A DNA stretch of 64,000 nucleotides from Candidatus Avelusimicrobium facis (GTDB taxonomy: Bacteria > Elusimicrobiota > Elusimicrobia > Elusimicrobiales > Elusimicrobiaceae): contig CAKUBH010000005.1 in NCBI GenBank assembly GCA_934636855.1, positions 46,370 to 110,369 of the forward strand, in the 5' to 3' direction. Below, one piece after another: positions 53,057 through 64,000 of the stretch; position 1 is the first letter of the stretch, and every line of letters begins with the position of its first letter. The notes beneath the pieces are model-generated. The model saw only the letters and a program-made list of their open reading frames with translations, was not told where the DNA came from and searched no databases. The position numbers and the translations under genes were made by a program.

Positions 53057-53077
53057 TCGTTTCCGTACGAGGAAAGC

Positions 53078-53581
53078 ATGGATAAATTGTTAAATCCCGA
53101 TTTCGGGGTCTTGGCGCTGACCGTCGTCAATTTTTTGCTTTTGGTGTGGCTCTTGCACAAATTCGCGTGGAAGAGCATCATCGGCGCGCTGGAAAAGCGC
53201 GAAAAGCAAATAGCCGACGATAAAGCCGCCGCCGCCCAAGCCCGCCAAGCGGCCCAACAGGCCCGGGCGGAGCTGGACGCCAAGCTGCAGCAGATTGCCT
53301 CGGAAGCGGCCCAAAAAATGCAGGAAGCCGTGGCCTTGGGCAATGCCCAAAAAGAGGCCTTGCTGGAACAAACGCAACAGCAAGCCCAACGGCTGCTCGC
53401 TCAAGCCAAAGAGCAAATAGAAGCGGAAAAAAACAAGGCCTTACAGGACGTACGTGCCCAAGTGGCCGAAGCGGCTCTGTTGGCTGCGGCCAAAATTACC
53501 CGCCAACAGCTTGATGCGCAGGCGGCCCAGCAGACCGTGGACGAGGTGCTGCGCCAGGTCAGCCGGGAGCAGGCACGTTGA
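53078..53581 (+). CDS. atpF: F0F1 ATP synthase subunit b
   Basis: N-terminal TM followed by a long Ala/Gln/Glu-rich helix. Confidence 0.8.
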   Translation: MDKLLNPDFGVLALTVVNFLLLVWLLHKFAWKSIIGALEKREKQIADDKAAAAQARQAAQQARAELDAKLQQIASEAAQKMQEAVALGNAQKEALLEQTQQQAQRLLAQAKEQIEAEKNKALQDVRAQVAEAALLAAAKITRQQLDAQAAQQTVDEVLRQVSREQAR

Positions 53582-53585
53582 TTTT

Positions 53586-54116
53586 ATGAAAAGCACAGAC
53601 CGCATTTTAGCCAAACGCTATGCCCGCGCTTTTGACGCGCTCAGCGCCACCGCGCAGGAGGCGGCCCAAAACGCGCAGGCGCTGCAGACGGCGGCGCAAG
53701 CTTTGCAGCAGGCACAGGGGTGGATGACGGACCCGGCGGTGGCCGTGTCGGACAAAAAAGCCCTGGTGGCGCAGCTGTTTGCCGGGGAAAAAACGGTCTG
53801 CGGCTTTTTACAGCTGCTGCTGGAAAGCAAACGCTACAACCTGCTGGGCGCGTGTGTACAGGAGGTGCAGGCGCTGCTGGACCGGCGGTTGGGCGTGGTG
53901 CGCCCGCAAGTGCAGACGGCTTTTGCGCTGAGTGCGGCGCAGCAAAAACAGGTGGAAGACACCCTGGCCCGCTTTGCCCAGGCAAAAGAGGCACACGCCG
54001 TTTTTACGACGGACCCGGCGCTTTTGGGCGGTTTACGCGCCCAAGTGGGGGATGTACTGATAGAGGGCAGTTTGAAGGGCCGATTTGAAAAATTAAAAGA
54101 AGAAATCATCAAATAA
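53586..54116 (+). CDS. atpH: F0F1 ATP synthase subunit delta
   Basis: Start at the Met after the atpF stop; OSCP-like [11 protein letters not shown]-domain. Confidence 0.75.
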   Translation: MKSTDRILAKRYARAFDALSATAQEAAQNAQALQTAAQALQQAQGWMTDPAVAVSDKKALVAQLFAGEKTVCGFLQLLLESKRYNLLGACVQEVQALLDRRLGVVRPQVQTAFALSAAQQKQVEDTLARFAQAKEAHAVFTTDPALLGGLRAQVGDVLIEGSLKGRFEKLKEEIIK

Positions 54117-54127
54117 ACGGTGCAATT

Positions 54128-55654
54128 ATGGCAATAAGACCGGAAGAAATAACCAATATCATCAAAGAAAAAATAGAAAAGTTTGATACCCAGGCAGACT
54201 TGAGCGAAGTGGGCACCGTCATCCAAGTGGGCGACGGCATTGCCCGCGTGTATGGGCTCAACCAGGTCAAAGCCTCGGAGCTGGTGGACTTCGGCAACGG
54301 GGTCAAGGGCATGGCCATGAACCTGGAGTACGACAATGTGGGTTGCGTGCTGATGGGCTCGGACGACTTGGTGCACGAGGGTGGCACCGTCAAACGCACG
54401 GGGGAAGTAATTAGCATCCCGGTGGGGCCGGAGGTCATCGGCCGCGTGGTGGACCCGTTGGGCCGTCCGCTGGACGGCAAGGGGGAAATCCGCGCCGACA
54501 AACATATGCCGCTGGACATTGTGGCCCCCGGCATTGTGGAGCGCCAACCCGTTAAGCAGCCGCTGCAGACGGGCCTCAAGGCCATTGACGCGTTGGTGCC
54601 TATCGGCAAAGGCCAGCGCGAACTGATTATTGGCGACCGCCAAACCGGCAAGACCGCTATTGCCATTGACGCCATTATCAACCAAAAGAATTTACCCGCC
54701 GACCAGCGCTGCTTGTGTATTTATGTAGCCGTCGGCCAAAAGAACAGCACCGTGGCCCAAGTGGTCAAAACCTTGACCGACTTTGGCGCCATGGAATACA
54801 CCACCGTAGTGGCCGCCACGGCGGCGGACCCGGCCTCTATGCTCTACATTGCGCCGTATGCCGGTTGCGCCATCGGGGAATATTTTATGTGGCAGGGCAA
54901 GGACGTGCTGATTGTGTATGATGACTTGTCCAAACACGCCCAGGCGTATCGCCAGATGTCCTTGCTGCTGCGCCGCCCGCCCGGCCGTGAAGCGTACCCG
55001 GGGGACGTGTTTTATTTGCATTCCCGTTTATTGGAGCGCGCTTGCAAGCTTTCTAAAGAAAACGGCGGCGGGTCGCTGACGGCCTTGCCCATTATTGAAA
55101 CGCAAGCCAACGACGTGTCGGCCTATATTCCGACCAACGTCATCTCTATTACCGACGGACAGATTTACTTGGAAAGCAGCCTCTTTTTAAGCGGTATCAA
55201 ACCCGCTATCAATGTGGGGCTGTCTGTGTCGCGCGTCGGGGGTTCGGCCCAGCGCAAAACCATGCGTAAAGTGGCCGGGACCTTGCGTGTAGATATGTCC
55301 CAATACCAAGAGTTGGAAGGCTTTGCGCAATTCGGCTCCGAGCTGGACAAAGAATCCCAACGCCAAATTGCCCGCGGCAAACGCATGAGCGAGTTACTCA
55401 AACAGGACCAATACCAGCCCATGCGCCTGAGCCAGGAAGTATTGGCCTTGTTCGCCGGCGTCAACGGCTATACCGATGAGGTGCCCGTGGAGCAAGTGCG
55501 CGCATATGAAAAGCAGCTCTTGGCCTGGGCCGGCAGCAGCCAAAAGGCCTTGCTGGACGAACTGGACGCGGCGACGGAACTGACGGACGAGTTGACGCAA
55601 AAAATCAACGCGGCCCTGACGCAATTTAAAGAAATTTTCAAAGGTGCAAAATAA
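54128..55654 (+). CDS. atpA: F0F1 ATP synthase subunit alpha
   Basis: Walker A GDRQTGKT; 508 aa. Confidence 0.95.
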   Translation: MAIRPEEITNIIKEKIEKFDTQADLSEVGTVIQVGDGIARVYGLNQVKASELVDFGNGVKGMAMNLEYDNVGCVLMGSDDLVHEGGTVKRTGEVISIPVGPEVIGRVVDPLGRPLDGKGEIRADKHMPLDIVAPGIVERQPVKQPLQTGLKAIDALVPIGKGQRELIIGDRQTGKTAIAIDAIINQKNLPADQRCLCIYVAVGQKNSTVAQVVKTLTDFGAMEYTTVVAATAADPASMLYIAPYAGCAIGEYFMWQGKDVLIVYDDLSKHAQAYRQMSLLLRRPPGREAYPGDVFYLHSRLLERACKLSKENGGGSLTALPIIETQANDVSAYIPTNVISITDGQIYLESSLFLSGIKPAINVGLSVSRVGGSAQRKTMRKVAGTLRVDMSQYQELEGFAQFGSELDKESQRQIARGKRMSELLKQDQYQPMRLSQEVLALFAGVNGYTDEVPVEQVRAYEKQLLAWAGSSQKALLDELDAATELTDELTQKINAALTQFKEIFKGAK

Positions 55655-55666
55655 GGAGACCTCCCA

Positions 55667-56593
55667 ATGGATAAGAAAAAATATTTGGTAACCGGCGGTG
55701 CCGGATTCGTGGGCAGCAACATCGCCAAAACCTTAGAAGCCCAAGGGCATGAAGTTACCGTGGTGGATGATTTTTCCCACAACGGCAATTTCAAAAATTT
55801 AATCGGTTTTAAGGGCGATGTCGTCCCGGCCAATTTGTTTGAATATTTGCCGGAGGACGACTATTTTGACGCCATTTTCCACGAGGCCGCCATCACCGAC
55901 ACCACCGTCATGGACCAACGGGAAATGATGGAGCAAAATGTAGAGGCCTTCCGCAATATTTTAAATTACGCCGCCGAGAATGAAATCCCCAAAGTGGTGT
56001 ACGCTTCTTCCGCGGCCACGTACGGCAACGGCGCCGTGCCGATGAAGGAAAGCCAACCCACCCACCCGGAAAATGTGTACGGCTTTTCCAAAGTGATTGA
56101 CGACAATGTTGCCCGCAAATTTTCGCAGGATCACCAAGATATGAAGATTATCGGGCTGCGCTATTTTAACGTCTTTGGCCCCGGCGAGGGGTTCAAGGGC
56201 AAAATGGCCAGCATGGTGTTTCAGCTCTACAACCAAATGAAAGCCGGCAAACGCCCCCGCGTGTTCAAATTCGGCGAGCAAATGCGCGATTTCGTGTACG
56301 TCAAGGACGTGGTCAAAGCCAACTTGTGCGCCTTGGCCAACGGCAAAGAAACCGCCGTGTATAACTGCGGCACCGGCATTGCCCGCAGCTACAATGACGT
56401 CATTACCTGCTTAAACCGCGAGCTGGGTTTGAATTTGGAGCCGGAATACATTGACAACCCGTATCCGTTCTTCCAAAACAAGACCGAGGCGGACATGAGC
56501 CTGGCCAAGGAAAAAATCGGCTATACGCCGGATTTTACCTTGGAAACGGCCATCGCCGACTATGTGAGCATTTTGGAAGGCAAAACCAACTAA
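55667..56593 (+). CDS. hldD: ADP-L-glycero-D-manno-heptose 6-epimerase-like SDR (HldD/RfaD family), embedded in the atp operon
   Basis: TGGAGFVGSNI; YASSAATYGNG, RYFNVFGPGEG, KGKMASMVF, RDFVYVKDV and NCGTG each align with E. coli RfaD motifs (YASSAATYGG, RYFNVYGPREG, KGSMASVAF, RDFVYVGDV, NLGTG). Confidence 0.75.
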   Translation: MDKKKYLVTGGAGFVGSNIAKTLEAQGHEVTVVDDFSHNGNFKNLIGFKGDVVPANLFEYLPEDDYFDAIFHEAAITDTTVMDQREMMEQNVEAFRNILNYAAENEIPKVVYASSAATYGNGAVPMKESQPTHPENVYGFSKVIDDNVARKFSQDHQDMKIIGLRYFNVFGPGEGFKGKMASMVFQLYNQMKAGKRPRVFKFGEQMRDFVYVKDVVKANLCALANGKETAVYNCGTGIARSYNDVITCLNRELGLNLEPEYIDNPYPFFQNKTEADMSLAKEKIGYTPDFTLETAIADYVSILEGKTN

Positions 56594-56602
56594 GGACTTG
56601 TT

Positions 56603-58949
<2,347 letters not shown>

Positions 58950-58951
58950 CC

Positions 58952-59365
58952 ATGTCCAAAACGCTCAAACTCAGCCTCATTACCCCGCAAAAACAGCTCC
59001 TGGACGGCTTGGCCGTGGAGTCGGTGGTATTGCCTGCCCTGCAGGGTGAAATGGGCGTGCTGCCGGGGCATATCCCCATGATGGTGCAGCTGGATTTCGG
59101 GTCTTTGCGCTATAAACAAGACGGCCAAGAGAAAGAATTTGCCGTCTTGGGCGGCTTTGCCGAGGTGCTGCATGAGGCGGTGAACGTCTTTGCCGAAGGG
59201 GCGGACTTGGCCGAGGAAATAGACGAAGAGGCCGAAAAGCAAAAAATCAAACGCGCCAAAGAGTCCTTGTCCAGCAAAGATGCCGATATTGACTTTGAAT
59301 TGGCCGAGCTGGAGCTCAAACAGGCCATTGCCCGTATGAAGGTCAAAAAGCACCGCTTGGGTTAA
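58952..59365 (+). CDS. atpC: F0F1 ATP synthase subunit epsilon
   Basis: Beta-sandwich plus helical hairpin; 137 aa. Confidence 0.9.
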   Translation: MSKTLKLSLITPQKQLLDGLAVESVVLPALQGEMGVLPGHIPMMVQLDFGSLRYKQDGQEKEFAVLGGFAEVLHEAVNVFAEGADLAEEIDEEAEKQKIKRAKESLSSKDADIDFELAELELKQAIARMKVKKHRLG

Positions 59366-59385
59366 TCTACGGATGTTTTGTTTTC

Positions 59386-59421
59386 AAAAGCGCATGGCTT
59401 ATCCCCGTGCGCTTTTTCTTT
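59386..59421 (+). terminator. rho-independent terminator of the atp operon
   Basis: AAAAGCGCA...TGCGCTTTTTCTTTT. Confidence 0.5.
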
Positions 59422-59480
59422 TGCGCCGGACAGGTTTTTTTATACAATGAAAAAGAAGTGAATTTGTTTGGAGAGGATAT

Positions 59481-60290
59481 ATGAGAAACGCAAATATTTA
59501 TGATTTCAATTGGAAAAAATTAATTGTCCCGGCGCTTATTTTGTTGGGGTTGATAGTGGCCGGAGGGTCTTATTTTACCGTGCCCGCAGGCAGTGTGGCC
59601 GTGAAGCTGCGCTTTGGCAAAATTGTGGGCTCTTACACCGAGGGGTTACACCTCAAATTGCCGTTGGTGGACAATGTGGAAAAATTCTCCGTGCGTATTA
59701 AAAAAGACTCTTTTGATACAGAGGCCTTTTCCAAAGACTTGCAGACCGTCGGTCTGACGCTGGCTATCAACCACCGCATCCAGCCCGATACCATTATTTC
59801 CATTTACCGCAACTTGGGCCCGGATTACACCAACACCGTGCTTAAACCCATGGTGGAGGAATGGACCAAGGCCGTTTTGGCCAAATATTCGGCGGAGAGC
59901 GTGATTTCCAACCGCGTGCAGGTGGCCAAGGAATTAGACGAAATTTTAAAGGCCAAAATGGCGGAAAAGCAAGTGATTGTGTCTGACATTGCCATTACAA
60001 ATTTTGAATTTTCCCCGCAGTTTTTAAAAGCGGTGGAAGAAAAACAAATCGCCGAGCAAGAGGCCAAACGCGCCACCAATTTGGTGGAAAAAGTAAAAAA
60101 AGAAGCCGAACAAAAAATCTTGCAGGCGGAAGCCGAGGCCAAATCCTTGCGCTTGCAGCGGGAAGTGGTGTCTGACAATTTGATTAAGCTGCGCCAAGTG
60201 GAGGCCCAGCTCAAGGCGATTGAAAAGTGGGACGGCCGCATGCCGACGTATATGGCCGGCGGAGAGCTGCCGTTTGTCATGGTGAAATAA
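59481..60290 (+). CDS. SPFH/band-7 (prohibitin-like) membrane protein
   Basis: N-terminal TM, PHB domain, Ala/Glu/Lys-rich coiled-coil C-terminus. Confidence 0.8.
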   Translation: MRNANIYDFNWKKLIVPALILLGLIVAGGSYFTVPAGSVAVKLRFGKIVGSYTEGLHLKLPLVDNVEKFSVRIKKDSFDTEAFSKDLQTVGLTLAINHRIQPDTIISIYRNLGPDYTNTVLKPMVEEWTKAVLAKYSAESVISNRVQVAKELDEILKAKMAEKQVIVSDIAITNFEFSPQFLKAVEEKQIAEQEAKRATNLVEKVKKEAEQKILQAEAEAKSLRLQREVVSDNLIKLRQVEAQLKAIEKWDGRMPTYMAGGELPFVMVK

Positions 60291-61427
60291 GTGAAATTTT
60301 TACTCAAAACCATTGTTCTGTTGGCGGTGTTGGGTGCGGTGGGCTACTTTTTTATGTACAAGACCCCGCAGCAAAAAGCGTTTGAACGCGCCTTGGCCGC
60401 CGCCCAACAGGGCGATGCCGCTGCCCAAGCCCAAGTGGCCGCCGGTTATGCCGCCGGCGAGGGCGTCCGGCCGGATATCCGGCAGAGCGCCGAATGGTAC
60501 AAAAAGGCCGTGGCGCAAGGGAATGCGCAGGCCGCGTACGAGCTGGCCCAGCTGTATTTGTCCGGCGAAAAGCTCACGCGGGATGTCCCTTCGGGTGTGT
60601 CTTACCTCAAAATGGCGGCGGAGAAAAATTATGCCCCGGCGCAATATGCCTTGGGGCGGCTGTATCAGACGGGGGCGGAGAGTGTAAACCAAAATTTGGC
60701 GCAAGCGGCCTTTTTGTGGATGCAAGCGGCGGAGCAAAAGGACACCGACGCGCAAGCCGCGCTGGATTTATTGCGCACGGAAGAGCCGGAAACCTATGAG
60801 CAGGTGCAGCCCTTGCATGCCGCATGGCAACGGGCCCACGCCGGGGATGCCGCCGCTGCGGCAGATATCGGCCAGCAGCTGTTAAATGGGACGGTGCTGG
60901 AGAAAAATCCCGAGCAGGCCTTGCCTTTGCTTACGCAGGCGGCGCAGGGAGGACACGCCGGGGCGGCCTATGTTTTATATGAAGTGTATAACCAGCCCGA
61001 CGGCCCCGTTCCCCACGATGCCGCCCAGGCCATGCGCTATTTGGCCCAAGCGGCACAAGGCGGTTATGCCGCCGCGCAATACAATGTGGGGCAGCAGCTC
61101 TATCAGGCGGCACAAACGCCGGAGGACTTCCAAGCGGCTTTTAACTGGCTGGCGCAAGCCGCGCGGCAAAATCACCCGGAAGCCTTGTATATGTGCGGTA
61201 TTTTGCACATGCAGGGACAAGGGGCCGAGAAGAGCATTCCGCTGGCGATAGCCGATTTTAAGCAAGCAGCCGAGCTGGGGCACGCCAATGCCCAGTATGT
61301 GTTGGGGCAGTCTTATTGGCGCGGCATTGGGCTGAAAAAGAACAAAGCCTTGGCCAAAAAATGGCTGGAGCTGGCCCGCCAAAACGGCAATCCCCAAGCG
61401 CAAGAGTTGCTGGACCAGATAAAATAG
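60291..61427 (+). CDS. Sel1-repeat (TPR-like) protein with N-terminal TM/signal anchor
   Basis: Repeated A-x-Y-x-LG-x-x-Y-x-x-G modules (AQYALGRLYQTG, AQYNVGQQLYQ, AQYVLGQSYWRG); GTG start. Confidence 0.7.
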   Translation: MKFLLKTIVLLAVLGAVGYFFMYKTPQQKAFERALAAAQQGDAAAQAQVAAGYAAGEGVRPDIRQSAEWYKKAVAQGNAQAAYELAQLYLSGEKLTRDVPSGVSYLKMAAEKNYAPAQYALGRLYQTGAESVNQNLAQAAFLWMQAAEQKDTDAQAALDLLRTEEPETYEQVQPLHAAWQRAHAGDAAAAADIGQQLLNGTVLEKNPEQALPLLTQAAQGGHAGAAYVLYEVYNQPDGPVPHDAAQAMRYLAQAAQGGYAAAQYNVGQQLYQAAQTPEDFQAAFNWLAQAARQNHPEALYMCGILHMQGQGAEKSIPLAIADFKQAAELGHANAQYVLGQSYWRGIGLKKNKALAKKWLELARQNGNPQAQELLDQIK

Positions 61428-61553
61428 AGGGCTTTTCCTCCAGGGGAAAAACAACACAGCCCCTGTTTAAGAGGACACCCCGTTTTTAGTCCGCCTTTCT
61501 TTTTCCGCGTTTTAGCGGTTTGAGCACAAGGCGGATTTTTATATGCAAATAAA

Positions 61554-61585
61554 ATTCCCGGAATAGTTGGTTCCGGGAATTTTTG
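61554..61585. terminator. bidirectional hairpin terminator
   Basis: ATTCCCGGAA-tagttgg-TTCCGGGAAT followed by TTTTTG; lies between the convergent Sel1 and glyA genes. Confidence 0.5.
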
Positions 61586-61619
61586 CGCGCTGCGCGTTTT
61601 GTTTTGAAAAGAGAGCCCT

Positions 61620-62867
61620 CTATCCCAGCTGCGGATAGAGCGGGAAGTCCTCCAGGAATTTTTCCACCTCTTTGGCTTCCGCCGCCAAATAGGCCTCGTC
61701 GGCGTGGTGGGTAATAGCGCGGTCTATCAGCTCCGCCACTTTTTCCATATCCGCTTCTTTCATCCCGCGGGTCGTTACCGCCGGGGTGCCAATGCGCAAC
61801 CCGCTGGTAACAAACGGCTTTTCCGGGTCAAAGGGAATGGTGTTTTTGTTGGCGGTGATACCGGCTTTATCCAAGGCGGCCTCCGCCACTTTGCCCGTCA
61901 GATTTTTGGAGCGTAAATCCAAACACATGACATGGCAGTCCGTCCCACCTGCCACCAGCCGGTAGCCGCGTTTTTTTAACGCTTCGGCCAAGGCCTTGGC
62001 ATTGAGTACCACTTGGTGCTGGTAGGCTTTAAACTGCGGTGTCAGCGCCTCGCCAAAGCAAACGGCCTTGGCGGCGATCACGTGCATCAGCGGTCCGCCC
62101 TGCACGCCGGGAAAGACGGCCGAATTAATCGCTTTAGCCAAATTTTCTTTGCATAAAATCAGCCCGCCGCGCGGCCCGCGCAAGGTCTTGTGCGTGGTGG
62201 TGGTTACCACATCGGCATACGGCACCGGATTGGGGTATTCTCCGGCGGCGATGAGCCCGGCATAATGTGCCACGTCGCAGGCCAAGTAGGCCCCGCAGCT
62301 GTCGGCAATTTCGCGCAGGCGTTTCCAATCAAACACGCGGGAATAATTGGAGGCTCCGGCAAAAATCAGTTTGGGTTTGTGCTGCCGGGCCAACGCGGCG
62401 GCTTCGTCGTAGTCAATTTCTTCGGTGTCTTTGCGCACGTTCATGGCCACAATGTTAAAATATTTGCCGGAAAAATTCATCGGGTGCCCGTGGGTCAGGT
62501 GCCCGCCGTGCGAAAGGTTGAGCCCCAGCACGGTGTCGCCGGGTTTGACCAAGGCCACATACACGGCCATGTTGGCCTGCGCGCCGGAGTGCGGCTGCAC
62601 ATTGGCATGCTCGGCCCCAAAGATTTTTTTGGCGCGTTCTATGGCCAAGTTTTCCGCCACGTCCACGTATTCACACCCGCCGTAATAACGTTTGGCCGGA
62701 TACCCTTCGGCGTATTTGTTGGTCAGCACAGAGCCTTGTGCCTGCATCACCGCCAGCGAGGTAAAATTTTCCGACGCGATGAGCTCTAATTTATTGCGTT
62801 GGCGTTGCAGCTCCGCCGATACGGCAGCAAAAACTTCGGGGTCTTGGGCTTGCAGTTGGGGATACAT
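61620..62867 (-). CDS. glyA: serine hydroxymethyltransferase
   Basis: PLP-lysine motif [14 protein letters not shown]; 415 aa. Confidence 0.95.
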   Translation of the reverse strand: MYPQLQAQDPEVFAAVSAELQRQRNKLELIASENFTSLAVMQAQGSVLTNKYAEGYPAKRYYGGCEYVDVAENLAIERAKKIFGAEHANVQPHSGAQANMAVYVALVKPGDTVLGLNLSHGGHLTHGHPMNFSGKYFNIVAMNVRKDTEEIDYDEAAALARQHKPKLIFAGASNYSRVFDWKRLREIADSCGAYLACDVAHYAGLIAAGEYPNPVPYADVVTTTTHKTLRGPRGGLILCKENLAKAINSAVFPGVQGGPLMHVIAAKAVCFGEALTPQFKAYQHQVVLNAKALAEALKKRGYRLVAGGTDCHVMCLDLRSKNLTGKVAEAALDKAGITANKNTIPFDPEKPFVTSGLRIGTPAVTTRGMKEADMEKVAELIDRAITHHADEAYLAAEAKEVEKFLEDFPLYPQLG

Positions 62868-63037
62868 AAAAACGCTCCTTTGAAACGATTTAAAAAGTAC
62901 CGCAAAAAATTTTGCGCGGTTTTCTTATATTTTACTATGAAAAACGCTTCAATTTTCATATAATTTATTAAATAAGAAATAAAATAAGCAAAAACGCCGT
63001 TTGTCGGCGTAAAAATTCCCGCAGAGGTGTAGAAAAA

Positions 63038-64000
63038 ATGGCAAAACTCACGCAAAAAGACTTCCTCAAAGGCACCATCAAACACATGGACATGAAAAAA
63101 TACAATGTGGTCCCCATGGTAGAAGCCTTTGAAAACATGGCATATACTTCCCGCGACCTGGCCCGCGCCAGCAAAATCTACCATCAAATGCTGTCCGACA
63201 AAAACTGCTCCGTTATTTTGTGCATTGCCGGCTCTTTGATTTCCGCCGGCCTGAAGAAGATTATTGTGGACATGATCCAAAACAAGATGGTGGACGCGAT
63301 TGTTTCCAACGGCGCCAACATCGTAGACCAAGACTTTTTTGAAGCATTGGGCTATAAACACTATTTGGGCGACCAGCACCACGCCGACGATAACCTGCTG
63401 CGCGACCTGCATATTGACCGCATTTACGATACCTACATCAACGAAGACGAATTGAAAGAGTGCGATGAAACCATCCACAAAATTTGCGAATATTTGGAGC
63501 CCCGCCCCTATTCTTCCCGCGAATTCATTTGGGAAATGGGCAAATGGCTGGAAAAGAACAAAAAAGGCAAAGACAGCGTTGTGTACAATGCCTACAAATA
63601 CGGCGTACCCATATTTGTGCCGGCGTTTTCGGACTGCTCTGCCGGCTTTGGCTTTGTGGCGCACCAAACCCAACATCCCGAAGCCCATGTATCTATTGAC
63701 AGCGCCAAGGACTTTTTGGAATTGACCAAAATCAAAATCAAAGCCAAAGAAACCGGTTTGATGATGTGGTCCGGCGGCGTGCCGAAGAACTTTGCGCAAG
63801 ACACCGTGGTGGCGGCGGAAATTTTGGGCGCGGAAATCCCGATGCACAAATATGCCGTGCAAATCACCGTGGCCGACGAGCGCGACGGCGCCTTGTCCGG
63901 CTCTACGCTCAAAGAGGCCTCCAGCTGGGGCAAAGTATCCACCGCCTTGGAACAAATGGTCTATGGCGAATGCACCACGCTCATCCCGCTGATCATCGGC
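63038..64000 (+). CDS. deoxyhypusine synthase-like protein (DS family), 3'-truncated by the window edge
   Basis: SD GAGGTG 8 nt upstream of the ATG. GSLISAGLKKIIVDMIQNKMVDAIVSNGANI aligns with the human DHS segment [26 protein letters not shown]. Not in the ORF track because it has no stop within the window. Confidence 0.65.
   Translation, partial: MAKLTQKDFLKGTIKHMDMKKYNVVPMVEAFENMAYTSRDLARASKIYHQMLSDKNCSVILCIAGSLISAGLKKIIVDMIQNKMVDAIVSNGANIVDQDFFEALGYKHYLGDQHHADDNLLRDLHIDRIYDTYINEDELKECDETIHKICEYLEPRPYSSREFIWEMGKWLEKNKKGKDSVVYNAYKYGVPIFVPAFSDCSAGFGFVAHQTQHPEAHVSIDSAKDFLELTKIKIKAKETGLMMWSGGVPKNFAQDTVVAAEILGAEIPMHKYAVQITVADERDGALSGSTLKEASSWGKVSTALEQMVYGECTTLIPLIIG

Noticed and set aside
61608-61640. 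Hairpin CTCTATCC-cagctgcg-GATAGAG as glyA terminator
   Set aside because: It overlaps the last codons and stop of glyA rather than following it. The intergenic hairpin at 61554-61585 is the better terminator candidate.
62786-63955. 389-aa minus-strand ORF
   Set aside because: Antisense to the plus-strand deoxyhypusine-synthase-like gene, which has an SD, an ATG and family motifs. The antisense translation is repetitive and Gly/Ala/Val-rich, typical of high-GC shadow ORFs.

Overview
This is a 64-kb chromosomal window from a high-GC (~57-60%) bacterium that spans the replication origin region. The parS-parAB / dnaA-dnaN-DciA-like-gyrB-gyrA core sits at 35-50 kb, and coding-strand bias switches at the AT-rich spacer upstream of dnaA. 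Most genes are housekeeping: pheST, zapA, rarA, xseAB, tlyA, infC-rpmI-rplT, nusB, ligA, serS, glyA, a tRNA-Gly, and a complete F0F1 ATP synthase operon. Accessory content includes three paralogous type IV pilin-like (prepilin N-methylation domain) genes, an O2/ROS detoxification operon (desulfoferrodoxin, flavodiiron protein, flavin reductase, rubredoxin), a putrescine pathway (pyruvoyl arginine decarboxylase plus agmatinase) with a deoxyhypusine-synthase-like gene, two dispersed squalene/phytoene-synthase-family genes, TPR/Sel1 proteins and outer-membrane beta-barrels. Four things are unusual. (i) A ~100-bp conserved leader containing a perfect 12-bp-arm palindrome and a T10 tract sits upstream of every pilin-like paralog. 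Associated hairpin repeats embed or precede the start codons, and one produces an in-frame ~130-bp insertion in the pilin leader. (ii) Four variant parS-like palindromes, GTTTTCAC(G/A)TGAAAAC, punctuate the lepB-parAB locus. (iii) An ADP-heptose 6-epimerase (hldD-like) gene lies inside the atp operon between atpA and atpG. (iv) A DUF721/DciA-like gene replaces recF between dnaN and gyrB. The abundance of pilin-like paralogs suggests Elusimicrobia-like affinity, which is an inference only. No CRISPR, IS elements or prophage genes were seen.
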